From a virus (Duplodnaviria > Caudoviricetes), in IMG/VR virus record IMGVR_UViG_3300030106_004620, positions 1 through 34,022 of that record: 34,022 bases of DNA; one strand, given 5' to 3'. Positions 26,305 through 34,022 of the stretch are shown piece after piece (position 1 is the stretch's first letter; each line of letters starts with the position of its first letter). Under the pieces are notes generated by a model. That model was given only the letters and a program-made list of their open reading frames with translations. It made no database searches and was not told the origin of the DNA. Both the position numbers and the translations under genes were made by a program.

Positions 26305-27059
26305 TTAGACTCCGACAAATCTAATTGAAATGTAGATTGTAATTTTGGCTTTCTTTTAGGTTTTTGATCCTTATCATAATCCTCATAAAACATATTAAAT
26401 TGATACACTAAATGCCCTACTGCCTCTGGATTATAATCAACCTCGTGTAGTAAATTTGTTCTAGGTGAAGGTCTTTCACCAGAGAATGTTTTACTGCAAC
26501 GAATAACACCTAATCTGTCAATCTTTTCGCCACCCATTTCTTCCCATAGCATTTTGTACATAGAAAGCTGGTACATATAATTAGGGTCTTTATAATTAAT
26601 AGATGTTTTAGCATCAAGCATCCAAACGTCACCATCAATACGAGCAACCATATCACATCTTCCAGCAAAACCAAACACAAGTTTGCCTTTAGATATTCTT
26701 GGCGAGTATAACATCTTTTCAATACTAATAATCTCTGGGTTATGTTTTTCTCTCCAACACACATAGCTAATCATTCCTTTAGTAGCCTCCCTTGACTTAT
26801 TTTCAAAGTCTACTAACTGACCATCCTCATAGTCTTCTATGCCTTGATGAACATCAGTACCATCTATTAATGCTTGGGTTTTTTTATTATAGTAGGTATC
26901 AACAGAACCTTCTGATTGCTTAATAATATATAGTAATGTTGAATGGGCCATAGGGTTTCCATATCTACAGAGAGTAGTTGCAGAGGGAACTATCACACCC
27001 TCTGCAATCTCGTAGAACCTACCATAATGAGTTCTTGGATAGATTCTTGGGAAACTCAA
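26301..27059 (-). CDS. PD-(D/E)XK (RecB/Cas4-like) exonuclease
   Basis: PSATT, GTDVHQGIE, FAGRCD, MLDAKTS and YQLSMY; adjacent to the annealase. Confidence 0.85.
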   Translation of the reverse strand: MSFPRIYPRTHYGRFYEIAEGVIVPSATTLCRYGNPMAHSTLLYIIKQSEGSVDTYYNKKTQALIDGTDVHQGIEDYEDGQLVDFENKSREATKGMISYVCWREKHNPEIISIEKMLYSPRISKGKLVFGFAGRCDMVARIDGDVWMLDAKTSINYKDPNYMYQLSMYKMLWEEMGGEKIDRLGVIRCSKTFSGERPSPRTNLLHEVDYNPEAVGHLVYQFNMFYEDYDKDQKPKRKPKLQSTFQLDLSESK

Positions 27060-27793
27060 GACTTAAATGCCTTTTCTTGTTCTTTTATAATATGCTTTTC
27101 TAGTGCAATTAAAGTATTTAAGTGTAATTGCTGATCATTATTAAGATTGGTTTTTGGTTTCCAAAACTTAATATCTTTACGAACATCTTCTAGATTATTT
27201 CCAAAACCTTCTGCATAAGTTGTGCCCTTTCTAAATCCTACAACTATTTTATCAGAACCTCTAAGCCTTTGAGGTGCATCTGGTTCTGGTGTAAAGGTAG
27301 AGGGTGGTTTTATTGTAGGAGTGCTTTTAGGAATTGGAGATTCGTTAGAAGAGTCTCCCACACCACCCTCATTAATTTCATCTAGCATATCCATCTTATA
27401 AACCTCAGCACCCATACCAAAACAAACTGCTATACATTTAGTAAGGCATCTCATCTTTGCTGTGTTGATGCTGAAACAATCGCCAACTGGTTTATTAGAA
27501 TGATTAGTTACTGGTAACCACATATGCATTTTAACATCGCCTATCCAGATATTACATTCTACACTACAGCTACCATCTCTGTAATACTGGACATCTAACA
27601 TAGTTCCATCAGCTTGTTCATATTGAACAAATTCCCATCTTGCCTCTGGATAATGTTTTAAAAGTTCTCCTAAAGCATAAGTCCATTCAATGTATTCACC
27701 AAATGCACCCTTCTTTGTTTTGATCTTATCTTTAGGAATTTTGACATTAGTTAATGTCTTTCTTATTGATTCTATAGTATGTTTTTTACTCAC
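27056..27793 (-). CDS. Sak-like single-strand annealing recombinase (DUF1071-type)
   Basis: YIEWTYA...HYPEA, MWLPVTNHSNKP and INTAKMRCLTKCIA-x2-GMG. Confidence 0.8.
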   Translation of the reverse strand: MSKKHTIESIRKTLTNVKIPKDKIKTKKGAFGEYIEWTYALGELLKHYPEARWEFVQYEQADGTMLDVQYYRDGSCSVECNIWIGDVKMHMWLPVTNHSNKPVGDCFSINTAKMRCLTKCIAVCFGMGAEVYKMDMLDEINEGGVGDSSNESPIPKSTPTIKPPSTFTPEPDAPQRLRGSDKIVVGFRKGTTYAEGFGNNLEDVRKDIKFWKPKTNLNNDQQLHLNTLIALEKHIIKEQEKAFKS

Positions 27794-27893
27794 AACGAAT
27801 CTCCTTATTATTTAGTTAACTTTATCGATGTATAAATATAATTATAACAAATTTAAAAAACAAGAAATTAAAATTTATGGATTTTCCTTCGTG

Positions 27894-27935
27894 AAAAAAA
27901 AAGACTTGACTTATATATGACTTTACGTGTATATT
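27894..27935 (+). promoter_or_regulatory. Sigma70-like promoter with A-tract
   Basis: A-run, TTGACT at 27906-27911, 18-bp spacer, TATATT at 27930-27935. Confidence 0.6.
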
Positions 27936-27971
27936 CTATTGTTAACGAAAACGGAATTGGAGAATTTCAAA

Positions 27972-28295
27972 ATGAAAAAATCTGTTAAAAAATATACTGA
28001 AAAAACAATATCAATACTATATAATACTGGTGGTATTTGCTATTCAAGAATAGGATTTCCTAAAACAGCACAAGGGAAAAAAGATGCAGAGTTACTATCT
28101 AAAGAAATAAAAAAAGATGAAGACTATGCAAATGGTGGAATGTTTGATGGAATGCCTATGGGTGGTATACACGAATACAAAGATCGTATTGAGGTTTATA
28201 TGAATTTTTATAATTTATATAGTGAGTTCAATGTTGTTGATCTAAGTGATAATTGCAGTGGAATATGTGGTTATAGTGAATGTGAATGTGAATAA
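27972..28295 (+). CDS. Hypothetical protein, isolated plus-strand gene
   Basis: Start reassigned to ATG 27972 after TTGGAGAATTTCAAA; YANGGMFDGMPMG motif and Cys-rich end. Confidence 0.8.
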   Translation: MKKSVKKYTEKTISILYNTGGICYSRIGFPKTAQGKKDAELLSKEIKKDEDYANGGMFDGMPMGGIHEYKDRIEVYMNFYNLYSEFNVVDLSDNCSGICGYSECECE

Positions 28296-28303
28296 AAACA
28301 ACG

Positions 28304-28335
28304 GATGCTGGGTATACTTAGGTATGCCCAGTGTC
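28304..28335 (+). terminator. 14-bp hairpin between convergent genes (possible terminator)
   Basis: GAUGCUGGGUAUAC-UUAG-GUAUGCCCAGUGUC with three G-U pairs; weak U-tract on the plus strand. Confidence 0.5.
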
Positions 28336-28373
28336 ATTATCTCCCCATAAAAGCCTATCCTCGCTAACCGAAA

Positions 28374-28565
28374 TTACTTGATCAGCACATCTTTTATAAC
28401 ATCCTTAACAGAATCATAAATAGCACCAAAGATTTTTTCTTCAGTAGATTCATTTAAAATAGGGATGTTAACATTCTTATTCCATTTAGATACAACTTTT
28501 TCTTTAGTAGCTGGATCATCTAACTTAGCCATAACCCAGTCAGCTATTTGTTTTTTTAAGTTCAT
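28374..28565 (-). CDS. Hypothetical protein of the lysis region
   Basis: Likely start ATG 28565 after AAGGAAG; NKNVNIPILNESTEEKIF. Confidence 0.65.
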   Translation of the reverse strand: MNLKKQIADWVMAKLDDPATKEKVVSKWNKNVNIPILNESTEEKIFGAIYDSVKDVIKDVLIK

Positions 28566-28646
28566 CTTCTTCCTTTTCTTTTTTTGCCATTTTTTTAATT
28601 TCAAAATCTCTTTGGAATTTTGGTAGGCTTAATAACCATTCCCAGT

Positions 28647-28919
28647 CTATTTTTTTCTTGCTTGTTTTTCTAGCCATTTTATTCTCTTCTCTAAATTTTT
28701 TATTGGTGGATGCGAGTCATTTTTTAAAGAGCCTATGTCTTTTTCAATTATTTCTTGATTTTTTAATATCTTTGTTTGATTTTTTTGAACTTGCTTCATT
28801 TGTCTGTCAAGCACATTATCTTTATTAACATAATCATCCATTTTTTTTAAGTTGTGCTTTTCATTAATTTTTTTCATTATAGCACTAAATATTAATTTAA
28901 CAACCATCGCTTGTATCAT
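28647..28919 (-). CDS. Hypothetical coiled-coil protein of the lysis region
   Basis: Likely start ATG 28919 (ATGA overlap, GGAG RBS). Confidence 0.65.
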   Translation of the reverse strand: MIQAMVVKLIFSAIMKKINEKHNLKKMDDYVNKDNVLDRQMKQVQKNQTKILKNQEIIEKDIGSLKNDSHPPIKNLEKRIKWLEKQARKK

Positions 28920-29101
28920 ACTTTTCTCCATTCTTTTATTTTAATAGCCAGAGTTATTAAACCAATAATTAACCCAACGAGTAATGTAAGGAATGAAAGG
29001 ATAGGATTTAAAATACCAGTCCAATATAATATTCCAGACCCAGCACTGGAGGCTATACCAATCTCCGGCTGATTGCTTAATGTATCTAAAAAATCTTTCA
29101 T
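28916..29101 (-). CDS. Putative holin-like membrane protein
   Basis: 61 aa with a long hydrophobic segment and basic C-terminus, downstream of the lysin; AAGGAG RBS. Confidence 0.55.
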   Translation of the reverse strand: MKDFLDTLSNQPEIGIASSAGSGILYWTGILNPILSFLTLLVGLIIGLITLAIKIKEWRKV

Positions 29102-29182
29102 TTATAAATCTCCTTTATATAATAATAACCCTATTGTAAAAAAAACCACAAAACCTAATATAAAAAAACCAAAATCATTCAT
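29102..29182 (-). CDS. Possible 26-aa single-TM peptide
   Basis: MNDFGFFILGFVVFFTIGLLLYKGDL fills the gap, and its stop abuts the next ATG. Confidence 0.45.
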   Translation of the reverse strand: MNDFGFFILGFVVFFTIGLLLYKGDL

Positions 29183-29534
29183 TGCAGTTATCCCACTTCT
29201 TCAAATCTAGCATAGGCAGAGGTTTTTCTATTAAATGATCTTTTAATTTATCATTTTGTATAGCTACTTTATTTCCACCTTTAATAAATGGTTTTCCATC
29301 TGCACATCCTACTTCATAAACAAACAATATTGTTTTCCAAAAACCTACTCTAATTACCCTTGCTGGTCTTCCATCAAATATAACAGTATCATCTGTGTTT
29401 AAATCGTCTCCAGCAAAAACCTTAATTGCTTCTACCAAAGACTCTATAGTAGATCGACCAATAAGCAAAACAAAACCAACAGCAATCATCCAGCCATATT
29501 GCCCTATCATTGATTCAATTGTCTGCTGATCCAT
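29175..29534 (-). CDS. Membrane protein with MscS-like beta domain
   Basis: One TM helix followed by DDTVIFDGRPARVIRVGFWKT. Confidence 0.5.
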   Translation of the reverse strand: MDQQTIESMIGQYGWMIAVGFVLLIGRSTIESLVEAIKVFAGDDLNTDDTVIFDGRPARVIRVGFWKTILFVYEVGCADGKPFIKGGNKVAIQNDKLKDHLIEKPLPMLDLKKWDNCNE

Positions 29535-29535
29535 A

Positions 29536-29991
29536 TTAATCCTTGTTTGCTTTTAAAAAGTGTTCAGTTGTCCCTTTTCCTTTTTCTGTGTTATAGTATT
29601 GTTTCCAGTATTCTGCTCTAAATTTTTTACTTCTAGGTATAGGCTCTGGAACTCTTCTGTAGTGAAGTCTACATAGACATACAGCAACAGCAATGTTTGT
29701 TTTTAAACTAAATTCTAAGTCCAGAGGGTCAACACCAAAATAAATTAAAGCCTCAACTAATGACGGCCTATATTCTACATAGTTATTAAATATATCTCTA
29801 GCTGTATCTGGCTCTATTTGAAAAAAACTTAAAGCTGGACCACCACCTTTTTGTACCAAAGCTCTATATCCAGACTCAGCCATACCAGTTTCATATATTA
29901 AGTTAACAGCCTCTTCCGTAACTGGTATTTTTGTTAATTTTTCTAATTTTTCTAAAACCTCAATAATTATATTTTTTATATCTTTTTTCAT
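29536..29991 (-). CDS. Putative endolysin (lysozyme/transglycosylase-like fold)
   Basis: ES motif followed by GPALSFFQIEP-x-T, and AEYWKQYYNT-x2-GKGT; upstream of membrane genes. Confidence 0.7.
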   Translation of the reverse strand: MKKDIKNIIIEVLEKLEKLTKIPVTEEAVNLIYETGMAESGYRALVQKGGGPALSFFQIEPDTARDIFNNYVEYRPSLVEALIYFGVDPLDLEFSLKTNIAVAVCLCRLHYRRVPEPIPRSKKFRAEYWKQYYNTEKGKGTTEHFLKANKD

Positions 29992-32900
29992 TTTGTGTAT
30001 AATTGTTTTAATCTTTTAGTATAAAGACTAGGTGTTATAAGATTGTTATCTAGTGCATCTATTAATACATTTTCATACATATCAATACTAGCATTTGATA
30101 AAGTTTCTTTTTTTAAGTCTTCTTTTAATTGTTTTAATTGTAAAGATGTTGTTTTTTCTATGTTTGATTCGCTACGCTCAAAAGGATAGTAAGGCCTATC
30201 TTTAAATGCATCAACACTAGGCGTTATCCAAAAACCAACCTTACCTACAACTGGTATTCTTTGCATTAAATCAAAGTAAGTTTCTTTTATTTCTTCGCCT
30301 CTCATATCTTCAAATTCTTCGTCTGTCATACTTTCTTTAGTTTTTTCTAAAGATATGTTCTTCCTAAGCCTTTCAATATCTGTAAGTAATTCTTCTCCAA
30401 CTGAAAAAGATGGAGGCCCTACAAATTTATTTATTATACCACGAAACCCATATCTTTCTACTTGATATATATGATACCTACTAGCACCTATAAATTGTAA
30501 AAGATTATCAAATGCATAATCGCTTATATTTTTTATAGGTCTTAATAAAATTAAATCTTTTAAAGCATCTTTTGGAACACCAGCTACAAGAAACATCATT
30601 AAAAATCTTGTAAAGTTTGCAAAACCTAGTGCTTTTTCTTTGTATGTTTTTGCATTTTTTATATCATTTACAATTTTTCTACGAATCACATCTAACTGTC
30701 TTATTGTAAAAGTTTTCAATTGATAAAGTAGCCTTCCTTTGTTAGCATTTAAATATCCTTGAGGCATTTCTGATTGTGTTACTGGTTGATGGTCTAATAA
30801 TTTATTAAAAACTAAAATTTGCACATCTTCAGTTACAATTCCATCTGCAAAATCTTGTATAAGTTGATTAATTTTTTCTTGATCTTTTGTGTCAAAATAA
30901 CTTTCTATATCTTTTTTGAATTGCTTAGAAATTTTTCCAGATTTAGCCTCTTTAGAATATCTATTGTAAATAGAATTAATTAAAGTTTCTTTACCCAGCC
31001 TATCTATTTTACTTAAGCCAACTATTTTAAATATACTATCAACAGCTTTTCCAGTTCCTCTGTTGGATGTAAATTCTTGCCCAATTTTCTCAATTCCTAT
31101 ATCTTCTATTTTTATTTTTTTAGTAGTAACTAAAGTTCCTAAAGTTTCAAAAAAACCAGCTTGGTCTAAACTGTAGGCTAAGTCTCCTATTTGTGTTATA
31201 GCAGAAATAAAACTCCCCATTGTAAGAATATATGTACTATTCTTAATATCTGAAATAATTGGACTTGTTGCTTGTGGATTTAATCTTGAATTTAAAACTT
31301 CTTTAAGAGTTTGCTCTTGCTTTACTGTGAGAGGAGTTCTTTCATTAACTTCTACAATAAATTTAGCTATAGCATTTTCATTAATTTCTCCTTGACCAAT
31401 AAACTTTCTTTTTTCTATAACATCAGTCATATTTTCTATGTAGTTCATTAAAGCTTCAGAAGAAGGTCTATAAAACTTATTAATTTCACTGTCTATAATT
31501 TTGACTGTTCTAGGTTTAGCAGATTTAGGATCGCCAGAATTAAGAGTTTTGTAGCCTCTCATTATCATACTCATTATATGCTCTTTTTCTTCTATTGTTA
31601 AAGGCTCTCCATTTTTCTTTTCAATAGCTTCTTTTTGTAGTCTGTTATAAAGAGTTTGCAAGTTAGGGTCTATGTTAAAAATTGTCTGCCTTAATCCATC
31701 TAAATCATCTAAACTTCTAGGAATATAATTTTCTATAAATCCAATATCTCCACCAGTGTCAATATAGTCTTGACGAATTTGATCAAGCATTATTCTTAAT
31801 GTATTATACTCTTTTTCTAATCCATACTTGTTTATTAATTCATCTATTTTAGGTTGATGTGAGTTTTTAAAAGCTAAATCCAGATAATAAAAATCTTCCT
31901 CTGTCATATTTTTTGCTTTGTCAAAAAAATTGAAAACAACTTCTCTGCGAAATTTAGTTTTTTGCAGTAAGTCGTATTCAAAATCTCTAAGTTTTCTTTT
32001 TAATATAGGATCAATGCCTTCTAAAACTGAAGATATTGGCTTTAAAATTATTTCTAGCTGTCTTAAAGCATCTCTTTCTTTTGTTAGAGTGCTTATTATC
32101 TTGTTTTTAATTTTATCTTTAAAAGGCTCTTCGCTTGGAGGGGTTTCAAATATTTCTTTAATTTTTGTATCAAAATCTAGGTTTTCAAAAGAATCTTCTG
32201 ATAGTTCATCTGGGTCTACTGGGTCGAGTCTGTAACTTTCGTTGTTTTTGCTGATTTCTTTTTCGATGAGGGATTCAATTTTCCTTGAACTATTTTCCAG
32301 CCTCGTTTGTATACCTCGTCCGTATCTTTGAACCAGCCTTTCAATGTAATCTTGCCCATTATTTTTTTCCTCCCAATTATTATTACTTTCAAGCATATCG
32401 CCTAATGCCATTTTTATATCTATGTTGCCATCAAAATCTTGTAGCGATTCTTTGTGTAAATTTATAAAATCTTCTGTTTCTTTCAAAATGTAATCTGCTT
32501 TTTCTTTTACCCTTGTTATTTTTGAAGGTGCTTTAAAGTTAGTTATTACACTTAAAGCTGGTATTTTTTTACCTTCAACCATAACGTAGTCAGAAGATGC
32601 TCCAGAAATAACATCCGGTGCTACTTCTCTTAATTTTTTATAAAACTCATCTTGTTTTTTTAAATTTTTAAAATTACCATCTACATCATAAAAATATAGT
32701 ATAGTATTTTTACCAGTAGGATTATTCTTACTGCCTACAATAGAAGTTTGTTGTGCAAGATAACCCAAAATATCTATAAACGATTTAATACCATCTTTAG
32801 ATGCTATAGTAGTAATAGTTGTGGTTGGTTCAGCAGAATAGTCTTTCCAAAAACCTTGTTTATGAAAGTCAACATTAGACTTCACTCCAGTTATTTTAGA

Positions 32901-34022
32901 TGCTATTTTTATAATAGATTCATTAATTTTTTTTGTTATTTTTAATTGATCATCAAAAGTCATATCATATATTTGTGGAAACTTTTTAGAATACGGAGTT
33001 CCTTCTCCAAAAACTAATGCAGATGTAATTTTTTGTGTATTGCTAAGTATTGCATCTCCCATTGTTCCTCCAGCATCTACACCATAGTCACCTAAGAAAT
33101 TTATGACATTTACCCAGTCTACTGCTTGAACTTGTTGAGTTGTCCACTTTTGACCCATCCAATTAATATCATTTAATTTTTTTGTTAGTTTGTTACCAAA
33201 AGCAGAAGTGTTTTCATATTGAGTTTCTGTTGGATTTCCTCCAAAATCAACAGATAAAGATTTTAGTTTGTTTTTACCAAAGGCTCTTACTAGTGCATTA
33301 TAAAATGCTGAGTCTATAAAACCTCTCCCTCTTGATGTATGAATATCAGCAGTATATGGAGAACCACCTTTAGGATCATTTCCCATAAGATATCTTGTGT
33401 TATTCCCTATTGCAGAATCTATAAAATCAAATAATTTTTGACCAATTCCACCTTTAATTTTTCCATCTTCTGTAAACAACTGTCTAACTGCTTCATCGTT
33501 TAAACCAGCTTTTTTATTTCCTTTTAAATTGCTTGTTTCTTCTTCGTAAGCTAATAATAAATTGTTAATTGCACCTTCTGGTGACTCATTTACTTGAGTT
33601 ACCAATGAACCTAAAACAAATTTTATTGCACTTTCTGGAGACCCGTCAGTCAAAGGCTGAATATCTTCTATGTAATTGTCATACCAGACTCTTGCTTCCA
33701 TTATTTGTTCTAAAGTCATATTATTTTCTACATCTTTTATCCACTGATTAATAGTTTTATTTCCAACTGTCATTCTATAGTTGTCATTAACTAAAGTTTT
33801 AGATTTGTTTTTTGGTTCTCCAATTTTAGGGTCTCTATTAATTTTTTTCCGAAGATTTGATTCGGTATCTTTGTCTGGCAGAACAGAATATATATTGTCT
33901 CTTACTTCATCACCTTTGTATTCTGGATTTGGTTCTATTCTAAATGACATCCTAGGATCACTTGTAGGCTCTGGATTGAATTGAGATTTAATTTGTTCTG
34001 GATAAAAAGCTACATAAATTGT
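29988..34022 (-). CDS. Giant polyvalent virion protein, cassette B plus constant C-terminal region. It is 5'-partial and joins the N-terminal part at 4451..1605 (about 2293 aa in total).
   Basis: The frame stays open upstream of ATG 33950 to the window end (TIYVAFYPEQIKSQFNPEPTSDPR-MSF), identical to the end of the ART domain at 1604-1526. Confidence 0.9.
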   Translation of the reverse strand, partial: TIYVAFYPEQIKSQFNPEPTSDPRMSFRIEPNPEYKGDEVRDNIYSVLPDKDTESNLRKKINRDPKIGEPKNKSKTLVNDNYRMTVGNKTINQWIKDVENNMTLEQIMEARVWYDNYIEDIQPLTDGSPESAIKFVLGSLVTQVNESPEGAINNLLLAYEEETSNLKGNKKAGLNDEAVRQLFTEDGKIKGGIGQKLFDFIDSAIGNNTRYLMGNDPKGGSPYTADIHTSRGRGFIDSAFYNALVRAFGKNKLKSLSVDFGGNPTETQYENTSAFGNKLTKKLNDINWMGQKWTTQQVQAVDWVNVINFLGDYGVDAGGTMGDAILSNTQKITSALVFGEGTPYSKKFPQIYDMTFDDQLKITKKINESIIKIASKITGVKSNVDFHKQGFWKDYSAEPTTTITTIASKDGIKSFIDILGYLAQQTSIVGSKNNPTGKNTILYFYDVDGNFKNLKKQDEFYKKLREVAPDVISGASSDYVMVEGKKIPALSVITNFKAPSKITRVKEKADYILKETEDFINLHKESLQDFDGNIDIKMALGDMLESNNNWEEKNNGQDYIERLVQRYGRGIQTRLENSSRKIESLIEKEISKNNESYRLDPVDPDELSEDSFENLDFDTKIKEIFETPPSEEPFKDKIKNKIISTLTKERDALRQLEIILKPISSVLEGIDPILKRKLRDFEYDLLQKTKFRREVVFNFFDKAKNMTEEDFYYLDLAFKNSHQPKIDELINKYGLEKEYNTLRIMLDQIRQDYIDTGGDIGFIENYIPRSLDDLDGLRQTIFNIDPNLQTLYNRLQKEAIEKKNGEPLTIEEKEHIMSMIMRGYKTLNSGDPKSAKPRTVKIIDSEINKFYRPSSEALMNYIENMTDVIEKRKFIGQGEINENAIAKFIVEVNERTPLTVKQEQTLKEVLNSRLNPQATSPIISDIKNSTYILTMGSFISAITQIGDLAYSLDQAGFFETLGTLVTTKKIKIEDIGIEKIGQEFTSNRGTGKAVDSIFKIVGLSKIDRLGKETLINSIYNRYSKEAKSGKISKQFKKDIESYFDTKDQEKINQLIQDFADGIVTEDVQILVFNKLLDHQPVTQSEMPQGYLNANKGRLLYQLKTFTIRQLDVIRRKIVNDIKNAKTYKEKALGFANFTRFLMMFLVAGVPKDALKDLILLRPIKNISDYAFDNLLQFIGASRYHIYQVERYGFRGIINKFVGPPSFSVGEELLTDIERLRKNISLEKTKESMTDEEFEDMRGEEIKETYFDLMQRIPVVGKVGFWITPSVDAFKDRPYYPFERSESNIEKTTSLQLKQLKEDLKKETLSNASIDMYENVLIDALDNNLITPSLYTKRLKQLYTK
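32155..32231. repeat. R1 copy 2 (equals 1-77)
   Basis: Exact identity. Confidence 0.95.
32232..33943 (-). other. Variable cassette B: glycosylase-like domain plus additional alpha/beta domain(s)
   Basis: VWYD, GIGQKLFDF, TADIHTSR and QQVQAVDW parallel the cassette A motifs. Confidence 0.5.
33944..34022. repeat. R2 copy 2 (equals 1526-1604)
   Basis: Exact identity. Confidence 0.95.

Noticed and set aside
26301-27059. Cas4-like nuclease as evidence of a CRISPR system
   Set aside because: No array or other cas genes; pairing with a Sak-like annealase indicates a recombination module.
23305-27134. Overlapping ORFs 23305, 23516, 24707, 25034, 25668, 26510 and 26943
   Set aside because: They overlap better-supported genes on the opposite strand or in another frame.
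33948-33950. ATG 33950 as the start of a separate 1320-aa gene
   Set aside because: The frame is open upstream to the window end and matches the internal ART-domain end at 1526-1604, so this is most likely an internal Met.
31918-33984. Plus-strand ORFs within the giant gene
   Set aside because: Antisense shadows.

Overview
The window is an apparently complete, AT-rich (roughly 30% GC by eye) podovirus-like tailed phage genome of about 32 kb. A long minus-strand morphogenesis and lysis block runs terS, terL, small basic proteins, portal, scaffold, major capsid, tail nozzle, adaptor, internal virion proteins and a giant multidomain protein, then continues across the junction into the lysis genes. 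There is also a minus-strand lambdoid-type replication/recombination block (Sak-like annealase, PD-(D/E)XK exonuclease, initiator with internal iterons, SpoVG-like protein, NinG) and two plus-strand early/accessory transcription units. Three things stand out. (1) The early operon at 19.6-22.8 kb contains three hammerhead ribozymes (two type I, one type II with a pseudoknot), each between a stop codon and the next RBS. (2) The contig ends are not simple terminal repeats: 1-77 equals 32155-32231 and 33944-34022 equals 1526-1604. The contig therefore holds two alternative in-frame cassettes for one slot of a ~2200-2300 aa polyvalent virion protein (GNAT + ADP-ribosyltransferase + variable glycosylase-like module), with modules joined by S-[FY]-R-[LI]-x-P linkers. 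(3) The 4-mer CAGG/CCTG appears to be strongly avoided. No tRNA, CRISPR array, integrase or DNA polymerase was recognised. All functional calls come from motif recognition by eye, not database searches.
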